From assembly GCF_963921235.1 (NCBI RefSeq), contig NC_086101.1, forward strand, positions 11,720,001 to 11,784,000: a stretch of DNA of 64,000 nt. Reading direction: 5' to 3'. This document shows positions 63,301 through 64,000 of the stretch, piece after piece. The notes beneath the pieces were generated by a model that had not been told where the DNA came from, made no database searches, and worked only from the letters and a program-made list of their open reading frames with translations. Positions within the stretch are counted from its first letter, which is position 1. Every line of letters starts with the position of its first letter. Source of the DNA: Mobula hypostoma. Its lineage: Eukaryota. Position numbers and translations under genes: made by a program.

Positions 63301-64000
63301 GTGTTCTGCTTGTTCGTCACACCGATGGGATGTCCGGTTCATCTGATGAGATATTGGACCTGTTCGACACTGGAATCCTCTCTTCCGGTTCTGTGTTTGG
63401 AAACTGGCATGAGACAGTTTGACTGGTCCAGAGTTTTCCCTAGTCTTTTCTTCGGCCCCTTAATCCCCCCCACACACACACACACACCCCCACCTCCGCG
63501 CCCTATTTTGCATTCCTTCACTTGCATTTATTGGTGTAAAGTTACTTCAAAGTTAAAGTTATTATGAAAGTTAATGCAAAACTGAAATTCATTTTCTTGT
63601 GGGCATACTCAATAAATCCATAACGACCATAACAAAATCAATAAAGACCGCAGCAACCAGTGTGCAAAAGACAACGAATTATGTAAATACAAAAACAAAG
63701 AAAGAATAATAACAAATAAATGAACAATAAATCAAAGGTCCAATTTAATGTTAGAGAAATGATACAATATACACCCCGAAATGCTTTTTCTTCACAAACA
63801 TCCACAAAAACAGAGAAGTGCCCCAAAGAATGTATGACAGTTAACCGCGAGAACCCCAAAGTCCCCCCCAGATCCCCCCTCCCATGCGTAAGCGGCAGCG
63901 AGCAACAATCCCCCCTCCCCCCACCGGCAAAAAAACAAGCATCAGTACCGCTACCGAACACTCAAGTGTGAGCAAAGCACATGCTGGAGCCTGAGGCGAC

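Overview
Eukaryotic (vertebrate) genomic DNA. The TRIM gene style and repeat content suggest a cartilaginous fish such as a ray or shark; this is an inference, not a database result. The window holds a tandem cluster of three minus-strand class IV TRIM genes (RING-B-box-coiled-coil-PRY/SPRY, TRIM39/TRIM27/A33-like). All three share the same six-coding-exon plan (411/96/234/23/113/terminal nt) with canonical GT-AG junctions that I read directly. Gene A is 10778->1 and runs off the window, gene B is 31501->17839 (481 aa) and gene C is 62821->52526 (468 aa). An inverted, decayed fourth paralog lies on the plus strand (46230-47366). Introns and intergenic DNA are mostly nested transposons: CR1, Rex1/Babar-like, Tx1-like, an L1 with a 5' inversion, Penelope-like elements carrying minimal hammerhead-ribozyme motifs, tRNA-derived SINEs, a solo LTR, and Tigger-like and Tc1-like DNA elements. 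A ~3.8 kb, 43-bp-unit GC-rich minisatellite lies at 41484-45270. I found no prokaryotic system, CRISPR array or true rRNA/tRNA gene. The most interesting items are the birth-and-death TRIM cluster with divergent SPRY loops, the Penelope hammerhead motifs (including a perfect 96-bp-arm fold-back insertion), and the polarised minisatellite.
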